Part shown: positions 22,901 to 36,656 of the stretch, piece by piece | Position numbering within the stretch: the first letter of the stretch is position 1 | Layout: the number at the start of each line of letters is the position of its first letter | NCBI GenBank assembly: GCA_002633005.1 | Contig: NMRA01000180.1 | Location: 36,518 to 100,517 of the forward strand | Origin: Phoronis australis | Lineage: Eukaryota > Animalia > Phoronida | Length of the DNA stretch: 64,000 bases | Reading direction: 5' to 3' | Notes under the pieces: model-generated | Told to the model about the DNA's origin: nothing | What the model saw: only the letters and a program-made list of their open reading frames with translations | Database searches by the model: none | Program-made: the position numbers and the translations under genes

Positions 22901-25268
22901 TAAACACATCCGCTGCTTCCAGATGCGTAATTTTGTTTATGTGACCTTTTGAGATTCTTACTCGTTCATATCTGAGATACCCTAATTCCGATTCGACGCG
23001 TCTATTGTCTAATTGTAATCTGACAAAAAATTGTTTACAAAGTTAATCGATGTTCACGGGAAACTTTGATGCGCGATCATTCTAAGAGAGAACAAGGACA
23101 TGCGGCTGAGAGGATTTTGTTTTAGGTGGATCAGAAATTATATTTTAAGATACATTAAATACAAAGCATTGATCTAGTTTTAATTTTATAGCGTTAGTGC
23201 CAATGCTGAGGTCCAGAAACTACATCAGGTAATAACACGTGAGATTTTTGGCTAATGCATGCTCGAGAAAAACTATACTCGGTGAATAAGTAAGTACTGC
23301 CAGAACAGAAACAAAACAAAACATTAACGGATGTGAATGTGCATTTCATTGGTATAAGTTTATAGATAAGCAACACTATAAATTACTATTCTGACATCCG
23401 CATGAAAACACAGAACGCAGTCTTCTCAGGCATGCTAGTAATAACTTATGAGATTGTGCAAAATGGCGCTCGTTTCATTGAAACTGACGACAACTGCAAC
23501 ATTAATAATAATGATATTAAAACGAATCTAAGCGCTCTGAAGATTGACACTTAACAAATTCGAATAAAAATTTAAAGGTGATTACCCCGACAAAACCGAG
23601 GACACCAACAACTACAAACACAGCGCTTACTACAACTACGCACAATAAATGATAAACCATTAAATGAGCATTGAGGATTCCTTTAATAAAAGACAGTGAT
23701 CAAATCAGAAAAGGTCCAATAACTGGAGAATGATAGGATCATGGTGAAAAACAATTCACGCATTGCAGATAATCCGAAAGGAGATCTACATGTATTTACA
23801 CACTAAATTTGAAAAGGATTGATCAAAGGATAGAAAACGTAACGCAAATAAAACAGCGATCAAGGCGCCACCTTGCGTCCGATTACCCCAAAATCAAAGC
23901 TGGTGACTAGAGAAGCACTGTACATGTATGTAGATTTTATTTGATCAGAAGAAATATGAGACCTCTAACACTAATAAAACAAAGTGCAGTGAGAAAAATA
24001 TCAATAAAAGAACAGAGGTCTAAGCAGTAAATCTCGGAAATTCTCGAGAACGGAAAGTTGTAACGCGAACTGGGTTCAATATCGAACCATTCATTAGGCA
24101 CACGTTGCCTGTAAATTCTACGTTGACCAGATTTAAAATGCGATCTGGACCTGGTGAACAAAGAAAAAACAAAAACGAGCAAATTTGATGGCAGACTGGG
24201 AGAAAATTCATTCTACCAAGTGATAAAAACACTAATAACTTGGACCATGCTTATGGTAATGGCAGCAACGCCATCAACCGATCTCTCTAGATTGTAAGTT
24301 AACAGGGTCACCCGCGAGCATTGTTTTTGTTGTACATGTACTACGTAATTATCCGGAAACGATTCTTGGCAGATTCCAAGGACCACTCGAAACAGTAACG
24401 CACAACTTGACTCCGGCTCCGCGGTATCATTGCGCTTGTTTCTTTCGTTACGGTTACACTAGCACGACGTCTTTAAATTTCCATACGATACGCCGTAAAA
24501 TGTAGAAATTTCGTAAAATGTAACAGTTGTCATTGTTACATTTTACGTTGCTAGACCAAGTTGTTACATGTTATAGTTACAATTTACGTGGAATGCACAT
24601 ACAAGAAATGCACCATTGTTACATTTTACGAAAGCGACGTCATATTTCATGAGTTTGCATGATAATTGTCACACGGAGGAAAACCGTTTACACACTTAAC
24701 GCCTTCTTTCTCAGATTGTGAGAATGAAATTCTATCAAATATGCCACGTCGAATTAGATGTGTCCCTGTGTGCTTTCCAAGGTTTTTTAATATGAGTAGT
24801 TCCACGGTATAATCAAAAACGTACAGCTTACTGTTTCAACTCCACATTAAAGAGTTTCCAAGATCAGGCAAAAAGTTTTTTATTCTTAAGCGTTCTTGCT
24901 ATTTTTGGTGACACTTACAGGTCATAAACCAATTGTGTATCCGGCTTTACAGTAAACATAATTCCCTTGGTAAGGAAAACAATGACATTGTGTTTGGCTA
25001 ATATTTATGATCGCATTTCTCCGGGAACAAACGACAATAACAAACATGTTGATGGAGAATTCAGTTTCGGAAGCCTATTAGATAGAAAATATCACCCGTT
25101 TTAGTCCACGACAGTTTTTTTTATTTCAGCCAGTGTTTTATTGCCTTAAAGTCATCGCTAAGGCAGAAATTGCCCAACTCCACACAAAAGGAGCAAAACC
25201 AAAGTTTCTGAAGCCGGCGGGTTCTGTCTACCACCTTAGTTACAAATGACAATTTATTAAAGGTATTA

Positions 25269-26514
25269 TTACTCTGCGCGTGTAAGCGCAGAGTACTGTT
25301 GTTCCTGAGTTTTCTTCAATTTTATTCTTATTCTTCTTATTCTTCTTATTCTTCTTATTCTTCTTCCGACCAACTTTGAGGCATAATAACTCCAAATTGG
25401 GTGCAGGTACGGTCTTTAAATTCAGTATATGATTTTTGACAGTATATAAATTTTGATTGATTATATAATCATATTCCACATTGCACAGGAAAGGTCGTTT
25501 GGTGCAAAGGTCATATAATTTTCAAAATGCTACTCGTCCTTCAGTTTCAAAGGTATCTTTTTCAAATTCGGTACACATGACAATTAAAAAATTACTTTTC
25601 TAAGTAATCGGGTCATCCAATCAGGTGAAATAGGTCAAAAGTCGTTAGGTGCAAACTAAAATTTTGAGCTAGACACTTCAAATTGACAGGTCTAATTGCC
25701 ACACGTAAATCAAATCGGAATCCAAAGTTTCAGGTCATTTAGTGCAAAATGGGGTCATTAGGTGCATTTTTCTTTTGAAAATTTGACCTTTTCAATCAGC
25801 AAGTACTCTGATGTGTCAACCGTTAGACAACTGGGATTCTCAGCGTTGAACACATTTTCCATGAGCTTTGCAATAATTCTCCTAAAAATGCTTAAAATGC
25901 ACCGGATGAGGTCAATTAGCGCAAAGGTCATGTAACGTTCAAAATGTTATATCTCTTACGTTTTTCAAGGAATTCTTTTCAATTTCAGCAGACTGGTGTA
26001 AGTCAACATGCCAATTAAAAACCCTACTTTACTTTGCAATAGGCCTAACCAATCAGAAAAAATAAGTCAAAGGTCATTGAGTGCAAACTTAAATTTTGAG
26101 CTAGAGACTTCAAAGTTACATATCTGTTTACTAAGTGCGATTGAGTTTGAATTCTAAATTTTCAGGTCATTTGGTGCACCCATGGGGTCATTAGGTGCAT
26201 TTTTCTTCTGAAAATTTGACCAAATCATTCATCTTGTATTCTGAAGTGCTTAAAGTAAAACATCTGTGATTTTTAGCATTAACCACACTTTTAATCAAGT
26301 TAGCATTTACTCCCTCGTCGGGGCTCATAATGCACCGGAAGAGGTCAATTAGTGGAAAGGTCACCAAAAAATTAATATGTAATTTCTCCTACAATTTTAA
26401 AGAATTCCTTTTCATATTGGTAAACGGGTTGCTGTCAGTAACTTCCCATAATAATTCCAGTAATACGCACGCACAGAGTCCGTTATTGTCACGCCGTGAC
26501 AATAATCTTTCTAG
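25269..26514 (-). mobile_element. HINE-like (Helentron-associated) element, copy 1
   Basis: Reverse complement of 27145-28420: ACTAG end with TTGTCACG(G)CGTGACAA palindrome, (AAGAATAAG)n microsatellite, terminal hairpin CTCTGCGC-TTACAC-GCGCAGAG. Confidence 0.8.
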
Positions 26515-27036
26515 TGTTCAAACCTGGTCTAGGTCGATAGTTTAAAGGGGCAATAATCCAAAAAGCTGACTGTCGACCTTTCGGACAATGTTCGTTAGTT
26601 CCAAGTACACCTAAATCAAGACGAGGTTTGGAGATTCTAGTATTATTGGACGTGAAGTCACGTGTCTCATGAGGCGCCATTTTTGTGTTGCAGCTCGCGG
26701 ATTAGGAAATTTGGTACTGCATATTAACCCTTTTGTTGCATTGCATTAAAAGTTCATATTAAACATGCCATCCACTTTCAATGAAACCTAGTTCAAATCA
26801 CTCGGCTAATCACTGTGTTTTTCTAAGAATATTGGCGCCCGTTGCACATGAAATCGTTGCGTGGTTTCTATGTCCGTTACCAACTATTCTAATGACCCTG
26901 TGACCGCAGCCGACTAGTCGTTAGTTCTCGAAAATTGTCAGCCTTCAGAGTTCAACTAAACGCAATTTTCAAATTTACACCTCATCGTGCAACGATCCCC
27001 AGTTCTTTGAAAAGGAATGCTTTCAACAAGAGACAA

Positions 27037-27144
27037 ACTAGAAAGATTATTGTCATATGCTGAATTTAAAGACCGTACCTGCACCCAATTTGGAGTTATT
27101 AAGCCTCAAAGTTGGTCGGAAGAAGAATAAGAATAAGAATAAGA
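27037..27144 (+). mobile_element. Internally deleted miniature copy of the same HINE-like element
   Basis: ACTAGAAAGATTATTGTCA is fused directly to TATGCTGAATTTAAAGACCG (the element 3' part), followed by GAATAA repeats. Confidence 0.7.
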
Positions 27145-28420
27145 ACTAGAAAAATTATTGTCACGGCGTGACAATTACGGACTCTGCGCGTGCGTATTAC
27201 TGAAATTATTATGGGAAGTTACTGACAGCAACCCGTTTAAGAATATGAAAAGGAATTCTTTAAAATTATAGGAGAAATTACATATTAATTTTTGATGACC
27301 TTTCCACTAATTGACCTCTTCCGGTGCATAATGAGCCCCGATAAGGGAGTAATTGTTAACTTGATTAAAAGTGTGGTTAATGCTAATGATCACAGATGTT
27401 TTACTTTAAGCACTTCAGAATACAAGATGAATGAAGTGGTCAAACTTCCAGAAGAAAAAATGCACCTAATGACCCCATGGGTACACCAAATGACCTAAAA
27501 ATTTAGAATTCAAACTCAATCGCACATAGTAAGCAAATACGTAATTCTGAAGTCTCTGGCTCAAAATTTTAGTTTGCACTCAATGACCTTTGACCTATTT
27601 TTTCTGATTGGTTAGGCCTTTTGCAAAGTAAAGTAGGGTATTCAATTGGCATGTTGACTTACACCAGTGTGCTGAAATTGAAAAAAATTCCTTGAAAAAC
27701 GTAAGAGATATAACATGTTGAACGTTACAGGAACTTTGCACTAATTGATCTTATCCGGTGCATTTTAAGCATCTTTAGGAGAATTATTGCAAAGCCCATG
27801 GAAAATGTGTTTAACGCTGAGAATCACAGTGGTCTAACGGTTGACACATCAGAATACTTGCTGATTGAAAAAGTCAAATTTTCAAAATAAAAATGCACCT
27901 AATGACCCCATGTTTGCACTAAATGACCTGAAACTTTGGATTCCGAATTGATGTACTCGGGGCAATCAGACCTGTCAATTTGAAGTGTCTAGCTCAAAAT
28001 TTTAGTTTGCACCTAATAACCTTTGACCTATTTCACCTGATTGGTTGACCCGATTACTTACAAAAGTATTTTTTTAAATTGTCATGTTGACATTTACCTG
28101 TGCACCGAATTTGAAAAAGATAGCTTCAAAACTGAAGGAGGAGTAGCATTTAGAAAATTATGTGACCTTTGCACCAAACGAACTCTTCCGGTGCAATATG
28201 GAATATGGTTATATAACCAATCAAAATTTATATACTGTCAAAAGTCATATGCTGAATTTAAAGACCGTAACTGCACCCAATTTGGAGTTATTAAGCCTGA
28301 AAATTGGCCGGAAGAAGAATATTAAGAAGAATAAGAAGAATAAGAAGAATAAGAAGAATAAGAATAAAATTGAAGAAAACCCAGGAACAACAGGACTCTG
28401 CGCTTACACGCGCAGAGTAA
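27145..28420 (+). mobile_element. HINE-like element, copy 2
   Basis: 5' palindrome, GGACTCTGCGC at both ends, ~434-nt internal tandem unit (TGCACCTAATGACCCC at ~27461 and ~27894), microsatellite, 3' hairpin. Confidence 0.8.
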
Positions 28421-28819
28421 AAATGCTTACACGGTAGATATCCTCACGTTTAGATTGATGTCGCGAGTAAATTATTGCGTTTTGAATTCAGTTCTTCCTG
28501 GCAAACTACAGATGGATATAGTTATATTTACAAACAGTAACAGTACTCTCTGATAGTTCAGAAGTAATCAATGTTTGAAGTTAGTGCACGTCTAAACATG
28601 ATTTTAATTTTCAACATCCTCATTTCCAAAAAGTAGGCCTACTCTGCATCCACAGCTGTCAAGACGTTCCTCACAATATCGTTGAGGCTGTCCACTATGG
28701 AAAGCCCATTGTAAATATTGAACCATAAATGAGATGATTTTAAAATCTTTGAGGACCACGCTGTAATTGCACTTTGCTAAACATGCATTGTGTCCTTGTT
28801 AAATAAATTTAAAAATATT

Positions 28820-28915
28820 AATAATGATGATAACGATAAGGAAAACGATAACAAGTAATAGTAGTGGTAGTAGTAATAGCACTAGTAGTTGTAATAGCAG
28901 TAATAGAAGTAATTG
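28820..28915 (+). repeat. Imperfect (AGT/AAT)n microsatellite
   Basis: ATAATGATGATAACG...AGTAGTGGTAGTAGTAATAGC. Confidence 0.7.
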
Positions 28916-29644
28916 TTGTGTAATACATTCATGTCGTGTCAGCCAGGAGGCCATACCTATAGAAGAAATATACAAAAAGTGCCGCCCAAAAGGTTGTTTT
29001 ACCAAGAAAAAATACTCTCCAAAATGGTATCATTTTCGACAAAATTGTGTCTAAAAGGTACCTTTCCTGAATTTCTGAAACAGACCTGTGCGAAAATATG
29101 AAGTTTTATATGATTAAGTCTATTCAAATTTTTTGGCGGCACCCCTCGTCAAAAATACTCCAGTACCTCCCCCGGGAGTGTCTGATAAAACTTGTTCGTG
29201 ATTTTGTCAATATTAATTGCAAGGTGACGTTGGCTTCGTAAAATGTAAAAATGGTAAACTTCTTGCATGTGCATTCGACGAGAAATGTAACAACTACGTA
29301 AAACGTAACAACTTGTTACATTTTAGGAGAGGCTTAGCAACGTAACATGTAGCAATGATGTAAAATGTAACAACCGGCGTATTAGGGTTTTTCTAATACG
29401 TATGTTGAATTATATCACCGTGATTTTCTTTTCTATGTATTAGTTGTCCAAATTAGGGACTAGGAGATTTTGTTTATGAGCGAACAATGTTTAAGCAAAC
29501 GGAAAGCATACCGATTCGAGTACAATCTCTAAATTAAACAGTATTGCCATTGAAATGTATCGTAAGTATAACTCATTGAGTTTGCTGAGGGTGTAGGCTA
29601 TATTGGACTTACGTGTACAAACCTATTGGCTTGTATTGTGCATA

Positions 29645-30596
29645 CAGCACACATCACGAATTTTTGGCCGACCGGTCGGAAATTGGTCGACGGCCGGCCG
29701 TCGACCGGTCGGCAAATTTGCCGACCGGTCGGCTAAAAATTAGCCGACCGGCAGCCGCCCGCAGTGCCGACTCATAAGGCGACTCCCCAGCCGACCCTTC
29801 AGCCGACCCTTCAGCCGACCGGCCATCAGCCGACCAGCTGGTCGGCTGCTATTTTTAGGCTANNNNNNNNNNNNNNNNNNNNNNNNNNNNNNNNNNNNNN
29901 NNNNNNNNNNNNNNNNNNNNNNNNNNNNNNNNNNNNNNNNNNNNNNNNNNNNNNNNNNNNNNNNNNNNNNNNNNNNNNNNNNNNNNNNNNNNNNNNNNNN
30001 NNNNNNNNNNNNNNNNNNNNNNNNNNNNNNNNNNNNNNNNNNNNNNNNNNNNNNNNNNNNNNNNNNNNNNNNNNNNNNNNNNNNNNNNNNNNNNNNNNNN
30101 NNNNNNNNNNNNNNNNNNNNNNNNNNNNNNNNNNNNNNNNNNNNNNNNNNNNNNNNNNNNNNNNNNNNNNNNNNNNNNNNNNNNNNNNNNNNNNNNNNNN
30201 NNNNNNNNNNNNNNNNNNNNNNNNNNNNNNNNNNNNNNNNNNNNNNNNNNNNNNNNNNNNNNNNNNNNNNNNNNNNNNNNNNNNNNNNNNNNNNNNNNNN
30301 NNNNNNNNNNNNNNNNNNNNNNNNNNNNNNNNNNNNNNNNNNNNNNNNNNNNNNNNNNNNNNNNNNNNNNNNNNNNNNNNAAAATGGTAATTGCCGACCA
30401 AGGACACGCTTAATCCGAATTGGTCGTCTACGCTAGGCGACCATTTAGCCGACCCAAGTGCCGACCACAGAGGCGACTCAGCAGACGGCTCCTAGCCGAC
30501 CGTTGTTGGTCGGCTGCTGGTCGGCTAGACGACCGGTCGACGGCCGGTCGTCGACCAATTTCCGACCGGTCGGCCAAAAATTCGTGATGTGTGCTG
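29645..30596. mobile_element. Young GC-rich TIR element (TA target site) spanning an assembly gap
   Basis: ~65-bp near-perfect TIRs CAGCACACATCACGAATTTTTGGCCGACCGGTCGGAAATTGGTCGAC; TA on both sides; many CCGACC/GGTCGG motifs inside. Confidence 0.85.
29863..30380. other. Assembly gap (518 N)
   Basis: Run of N. Confidence 1.
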
Positions 30597-33500
30597 TACG
30601 TGCATAAGTCCATGGAGTTTTCATCACACATTTTAATGCGTGCTGTCGGGATACGTTTTCCAAGAATCGTGAAATAGAGTTCCGTATATAATTTTTATCT
30701 TGCTTTCTAAAACGGCCGATATCTCTACTCTGCACTTCTTTTTGTACACACTATTGGCATACTTTTAATATGATACAAAGATACTTTAAAAAATGATTAA
30801 TACTTTATCGTAAGTTGCAACGTATCTAGAGGAATATTTGATATGGTGCGTTATGGGGTCTGGAAGAAACTTCAACTATCTCAACACATCATAACAACTG
30901 TTAACTAGTTAGACAGAAATCAGGTCTGGCCATTTTCTAGTTTAAGTACACTTTTTGTAATGGATTAGATTTTCTCCAAATTCAGCTACGGAAAGTTCTT
31001 CCATTATTTCCAAAACCTCGTCCCCGGCCCTCGTATTGTTTTTTTGCTGTAAAGTTATAACAGGCTTCAGCTAAATCGTAGACTAAATTCCTGTCTCCAC
31101 AGCAAATAGAAAAATTAGAATTCAAGTCATATACAGTAGACTTTAAATGCTCAAAATCTGGACTATCGGGTTATCTGTGTTGGAGCCAATACCGAATACT
31201 GATTACGGTCAACAACTATCTCTAAAATAAAGTAGTTGCATCCTGACCACGTGACCTTAGTTTAATTTCATGTTCAAAATTAGTACTAAACAGTGCCCAC
31301 ACCCCTCTTGATCTGTATTACTTATACTATAACACTCAAGACTCAATTAGCTTCTCACAAAATTTAGGTCACTGTCCAGAAGATGCCATCAATTAGATAT
31401 CTGTGTGTCGATGACGAGTCTGACAAGTGAAATTGAGATGACCTGAGGGTGGGACTGGCAAATATGGTAAACTGATGGTCAAGTGGACCGAAAATCCATG
31501 ACGACGATGACAGCAAAAGGACTTTGAGAGAAAATTGCTGTCGTGCTTCCACCGAATGTAGCAATTTCTGATAGAACCTATGGAATCAAAAAATCTACAT
31601 CACCCGTCACATAATTGGCTGAAATTTTACCAGTAGATTCATATCGACCTCAAATGACACCAAACTCCGTAGTACACTCATTGAACTCTCCGTCAATGTT
31701 TTATTAGTCCGTGAATTTTTTACTAGAAACAGGCGAAATGTTCAGCTTAAAAATTACCTATTTTTTGGTATCAGGACTAATCCGTGTACATTAGGAAATG
31801 ATGTTCGATACTGTTTAGGAATGTATAGCATCCATCCTCCCGTCCAAAACTATAATTTTCAATGAAAGTAAATTACCCCCATTCGTGGAGGCACCCGTTT
31901 TGTCGTGCAATCTAATTGACGGATCCTGTAGAGTGCGGTTTTAAAAGGTATTCTCCACGAAAATGCTCACCCGAAGAGGTCTTATTCAAAGTGGGAACCT
32001 GCACAAGAAGAGCAGCAGAGTATTTACGATCTACCTGTAATGTAAGTGAACTAGTGTTCGAATATGAACTCATACTGGCCTGAGTGGGTGTGTTTGGTAT
32101 ATGGCTCCACGCACAAAATGCTGCACTTCCTTGGGTGCAACAAATGCTCCCTTACTCATTGACGGATATACACTATGCGTGTGATCTAGTGAGAGAAACT
32201 GCATTTCATGACATTGCAAGGCAGTAGGTGTCTGCCCCGAATGCATTTGGAGCATCAGCACTACCATTGGCTTCTTATGAAGAGAGCTGGCCACCCGGGT
32301 CCACTTGTAAAGCATTTGAGTCTTGGTGACACTAAACATAGGCAAACGGTGCTTCAGACTTGCTCATGACATGAAAGCCTTCTTCAGGGAAAGTTTGCGT
32401 CTAGACAAAGAACTGGTGTCAAGTGTACCCCTGCAGTGGTAGCTAAAGAAATGACATTAGCAAAAATGGCCGAGAAAAATGTTGGTCAAAAGAGGCCCAG
32501 GTCGGTGGCATGGCTATCTCCTCTAAGGCTGGATGCGGGATGGAGACGCGGAAACGGTGAAGGAAGAACTTTTAAGTTCCGAATTATTATATGAATTTCT
32601 GACAGATCTGGGCTAATAACCAATCCGTTCTACTGGAAAGTTCAGTCTACACCTTTTCTGTTGGTTGATTGTCAAGGTTTAAAGATCCGCAATTCTTTCT
32701 TGATGATGAAGAATAATACATTTTGATTTGTTTAGTACTTTTTATCGTCACATGTGTTTATGCTGCTGTGAAGAGAGGGAAAAATAAAAACAACATTTGA
32801 GCTTTTAGTCGCTGTTACCATAAGTGTTGAAATTTACAGAAGCACCTTTTTTCGCTCAAGCCCACAGGGGGTGAAGTTTCAGATACCAACAAAATACTCA
32901 TCAGGCAGCACGATGTATAGTTTCTAAAAATGGCAAATACAATGTCATAGGAATTAAAAATTACATCCTTCAGCATTTTTATTTATTAGAAGCTCTCACC
33001 ATAGCATCTCATTATATCACCAATCTGTGTAGCAAGGTTTGCTGTTGTGTAAAGAATGTCTCACCTGCAAATGTTTGAATTTAATCATAAGGCCCATTAC
33101 ATGGATGATCATGGTCAAATAAACGGAAAAGGACGTTTTATACAAGGAGACATGTTTTACTTTCGCGGCAGTTATATGAAAATTGTCTAGGACAGGCATC
33201 TTTTTGGTGCCCATTAAACCAGAAAATCCATATCATAAATGGCAAAAAACATGGTTTATGCAGTCAGGATTCTTTCCATGTGGCCACTCTAGCAGACATT
33301 GCCAACAGTTCTTTAGTCTGAATTGTTCTGTAGCTGAACTAAGTACACAAAATCGTAAATAAGAGAAAAGGTCATAACCCATGCCCAACCCTGTTGAAAC
33401 GTAAGTTGTGTCTCAAAAGTCTTGCAAAGTTGGCAACATTTTTACTGAAATAAGAGTCGAAAAGCCATTTTTGCAAGATCAGCAAAAAACGAGGCTTGTG

Positions 33501-33926
33501 TCTAGTAAAAATAAAGTTGACTTTGTTTATATCTAGGGGTACCCAAGCCCTCATAAACTTTCTGGAAAATCAGTGACGATTGCTGTAGAACCACCCGTAG
33601 TGCTCTCACAAACTGCAAATTAAAATTCCACTTTCCGTTATTAGTAACTTGCTACCAGTCATTTGTCTAGTAACTTTAATATAGGTTATCATAGCAGCAA
33701 TCCACCCAAGTGTCTAACTCATTAAGGAGGAATAACTTCTACATGATATGTGACGATTTGTAAAACACTTCCGTTTATGTAATTCGCTTACTTAACCTAC
33801 AGATTGTATTTGCCGCGTTATATGCGTTCACTGTAAATGCAGAAACATTGGTTTGGTACTTTGTTAACTTAACTGTTAACTCTCTTTCGATAATTTGATG
33901 TCGCACTTTCGTCAGCTCGTCCCTAA

Positions 33927-34325
33927 GGCCTTGTCACATCGTTCCGGTAAGCCTTGCAGGCATCTTGCCGAAAGGCAATTTTTTTTGCTCGGAGCTCCCC
34001 GCAGATCACTCGGACCTGACAGTATCGGGCACGAATCTCGCCTGCACTTGCCCGAAGATTCGCACGGAAGTCTGAGGTGCCCGCAGCCAAGTTTTGAGAA
34101 TGGTCCGGGTAAGCTACGTGGGTTTGCCTGCAGAGGTCAACGAAGAAAACCAGCAGGTGGCCCGTAGCGGCCGCAAGTCACCCCCTTGAAGAAGGTAAGT
34201 TGACCGTGAACATGTGCGAGAAAGTGTGGGCGAGAGCCGTGCAAGATACTGCCAGAGGTCTGAGTAAAAACAATTACCGTCCACATTTTGGTCGCACGCC
34301 TTGCCCGGAACGAAGTGACAGGGCC
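33927..34325. mobile_element. PIF/Harbinger-like MITE
   Basis: TAA-GGCCTTGTCACATCGTTCCGG ... CCGGAACGAAGTGACAGGGCC-TTA. Confidence 0.75.
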
Positions 34326-35490
34326 TTAGAAAATTCCTTGTGTTTTGCAAAATCCATGCCCCATTATGCATTCAGACGTGTACAGATTTCAGTTGGATTT
34401 GTGTAGCGACCTGCCACGCTGGAACTATTGTTGAACAGTTGACATGTCAGAATCAGGTTACCCGTACATGTACATGTACATTGTAGCTTCCTGTGACCAA
34501 TCGTTTTTCAAGAGGAACAAAGGTCGATAACGTTTCAAGTGTTTATTGGTAATGCGTAAAATTGCATCATTTCAGTTAGTGTACGAAACCAGGGAGCAGA
34601 GGCGTGATGTATATGGAAGCTCAGCAAATTAAAGCGACATCTTGGAAATTAAGGTAGTAGATCGTACAGAAAATGGAAAACTGGACTATTCTTATTGATC
34701 AAGCATAGTGTATTAGAGCAGGAAAATGTAGCATGCCAATGTTCAAATTTTCGCTGATATCTGAAACAATTTGTTCAAGGATGGTTCTCGCGCATTTATT
34801 TTTTTCTTGAGATAATGATTATGCAGTGACTACTGATATACCCATCGTGGTGAACCCCTCCGAATGCCGTTTGACGGGGTTTTAAAAGTACATACAATAG
34901 TTCTCATTAGTCTGTTTAGGAACAATCTAAAGTGCACATCCTAGCCGCAGAGAACTTATTGATCTTCTATAATTACCAAAAACGTTTCTAAGATCAGCAA
35001 AATTAAGAAATATCGTCAGCAGGAATCGAGACACTCTTTTGATTTTGGCCACACTGGATGGCCCTTTGAGGAGGCAATCAGTCACCTACCTTTGTATACA
35101 GGTACGAGCGTTTCAAGTCACCTATGGTTCATTATTCAAAATGTTGAATCAAGTCAATGGGTGCATTATATTTCTAACTGATGGAAGTACCGGTACTCTA
35201 ATATATTGTCGTAAAATTGTAAATTTAAGGTTTACAAGATTACTGTACAAACATCTCAAAGAGGAGACAGGATACCGTATTCCAAATTCAATAGACTTAC
35301 ATGTATGTAGCATCGTCTTTGCTACTAGTCACGGCACAAAACATTCACGTGTACGTTGTCCAAGAATGAGATCAAATTACAAGTTTACACCAGTAATCGA
35401 GTTGAGACGGTCGAATGAATCTCTAAGTTTTGCATTAGTGCACTAATTGTAACCGGATGTTTGTGAATTGCCAAAATATACCATAGCACT

Positions 35491-36656
35491 CCGAGAAGCG
35501 AAACTTGGCAAAATTAACAGACAAGACGACGGTAGAGATGATGACGAGGATGATGAATATGATGACGATGGTGGCGATGATGAACAATACAAGTAATGAT
35601 AACAATCATATGACGAACGCAGATGTCAGAAATCAGTAAGAAATAGTCTACAGTCTTGTTCAATAGAAGCTAAACTAACATCAATGCACCAAGAGCGCTC
35701 AACAAAGGAACACACAAGCGCTATCAGAAAAATTCAAATAATTCAAAAAGTAGAGACCCAACCCGTCAGTTTCGAAAAATTCCGTTTTCAGTTTTTCGGA
35801 AAATTGAAACTTGCTTTTTTCGAAATTCAAAGTCAAATAACTCAAAAACGGTAAGTCTGAAAAAAATTGTTACAAACCATTTGAAAAGGTATACATGTAC
35901 CTCAAGGAATCCACATGCAAAAACGTCATTTTCTTTTCCCGTTTAAAATGGCACCCTAGCACGACTGAAATTAGGTCAACATGCGCCAGATCCGCCATCT
36001 TGAAAACAAGTTCCAGTTTTTTAACGTTGAATGATAGCTAGTCATAGAAAATTAATACCTGGAAAATTTTGAAGTCATTGGCCCTCTACAGGAGAAAACG
36101 TTTTTTGCCCGGAATCGAGGTGAGCATGCACAATTGCTGATATTTCCGCCATCTTTACCGGGAAGTTAACAATTTCCAGTACAGATGTAGCACTTGCACT
36201 CTTCAATAATTTTACAGATTCTCAGCCCTGTACGTACAAAATTATAGCCTTTAATAGCATTCGAATCTTAAAATGGAAACAAAATGGCCGCCATATCCGC
36301 CATCTTGGATTCGATTATAACGAAAAACAGTAGGCTTCCAGGACTTCCTAAACTACGTGTTAAGTGTAAATTTCGTGATGATCGGACAAAAATTGTGACC
36401 TGTATCGAGCGAACAAACAAAATAAAAATTAGTGACAGAGCAACATACTTGGCGAAATTTATTTCGCGAAATTTATTTCGCCAAGTAATGAAAACGCCCC
36501 GAGGAGCGAAATTTGGCAAAATTAACAGAAAAGACGACGACAGAGATGATGATGAAGATGACGGATATATGAAGACAATGGTGGAGATGATGAACAATAC
36601 AAGTAATGATAACATTCATATGGCAAACGTAGAGGTCAGAAACCAGTAAGAAATAG
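35491..36656 (+). repeat. About 155-nt direct repeats (35491-35646, 36499-36656) flanking a HINE-like element
   Basis: Both copies contain TTGGCAAAATTAACAGA..AGACGAC..GATGATGAACAATACAAGTAATGATAAC..CAGTAAGAAATAG; the interval has CCGCCATCTT repeats and the hairpin ACTTGGCGAAA..TTTCGCCAAGT at ~36447-36486. Confidence 0.7.

Larger units (their letters stand above)
24491..29379. mobile_element. About 4.9-kb non-autonomous TIR element with GTAAAATGTAAC subterminal repeats, hosting nested insertions
   Basis: TA-CGCCG at the left end and CGGCG-TA at the right; ~160-nt imperfect inverted repeats (GAATGCACAT(A/G)CAAGAA, TTACATTTTACGAA, ACGTCA) at 24491-24640 and 29225-29379. Confidence 0.65.

Noticed and set aside
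20860-24240. Coding-like composition suggesting old retroelement or transposase remnants (also ~31350-33600)
   Set aside because: Multiple stops and no motif that could be identified with confidence; needs a translated homology search.
29764-30407. Long ORFs on both strands
   Set aside because: Artefacts of translating through the N gap.
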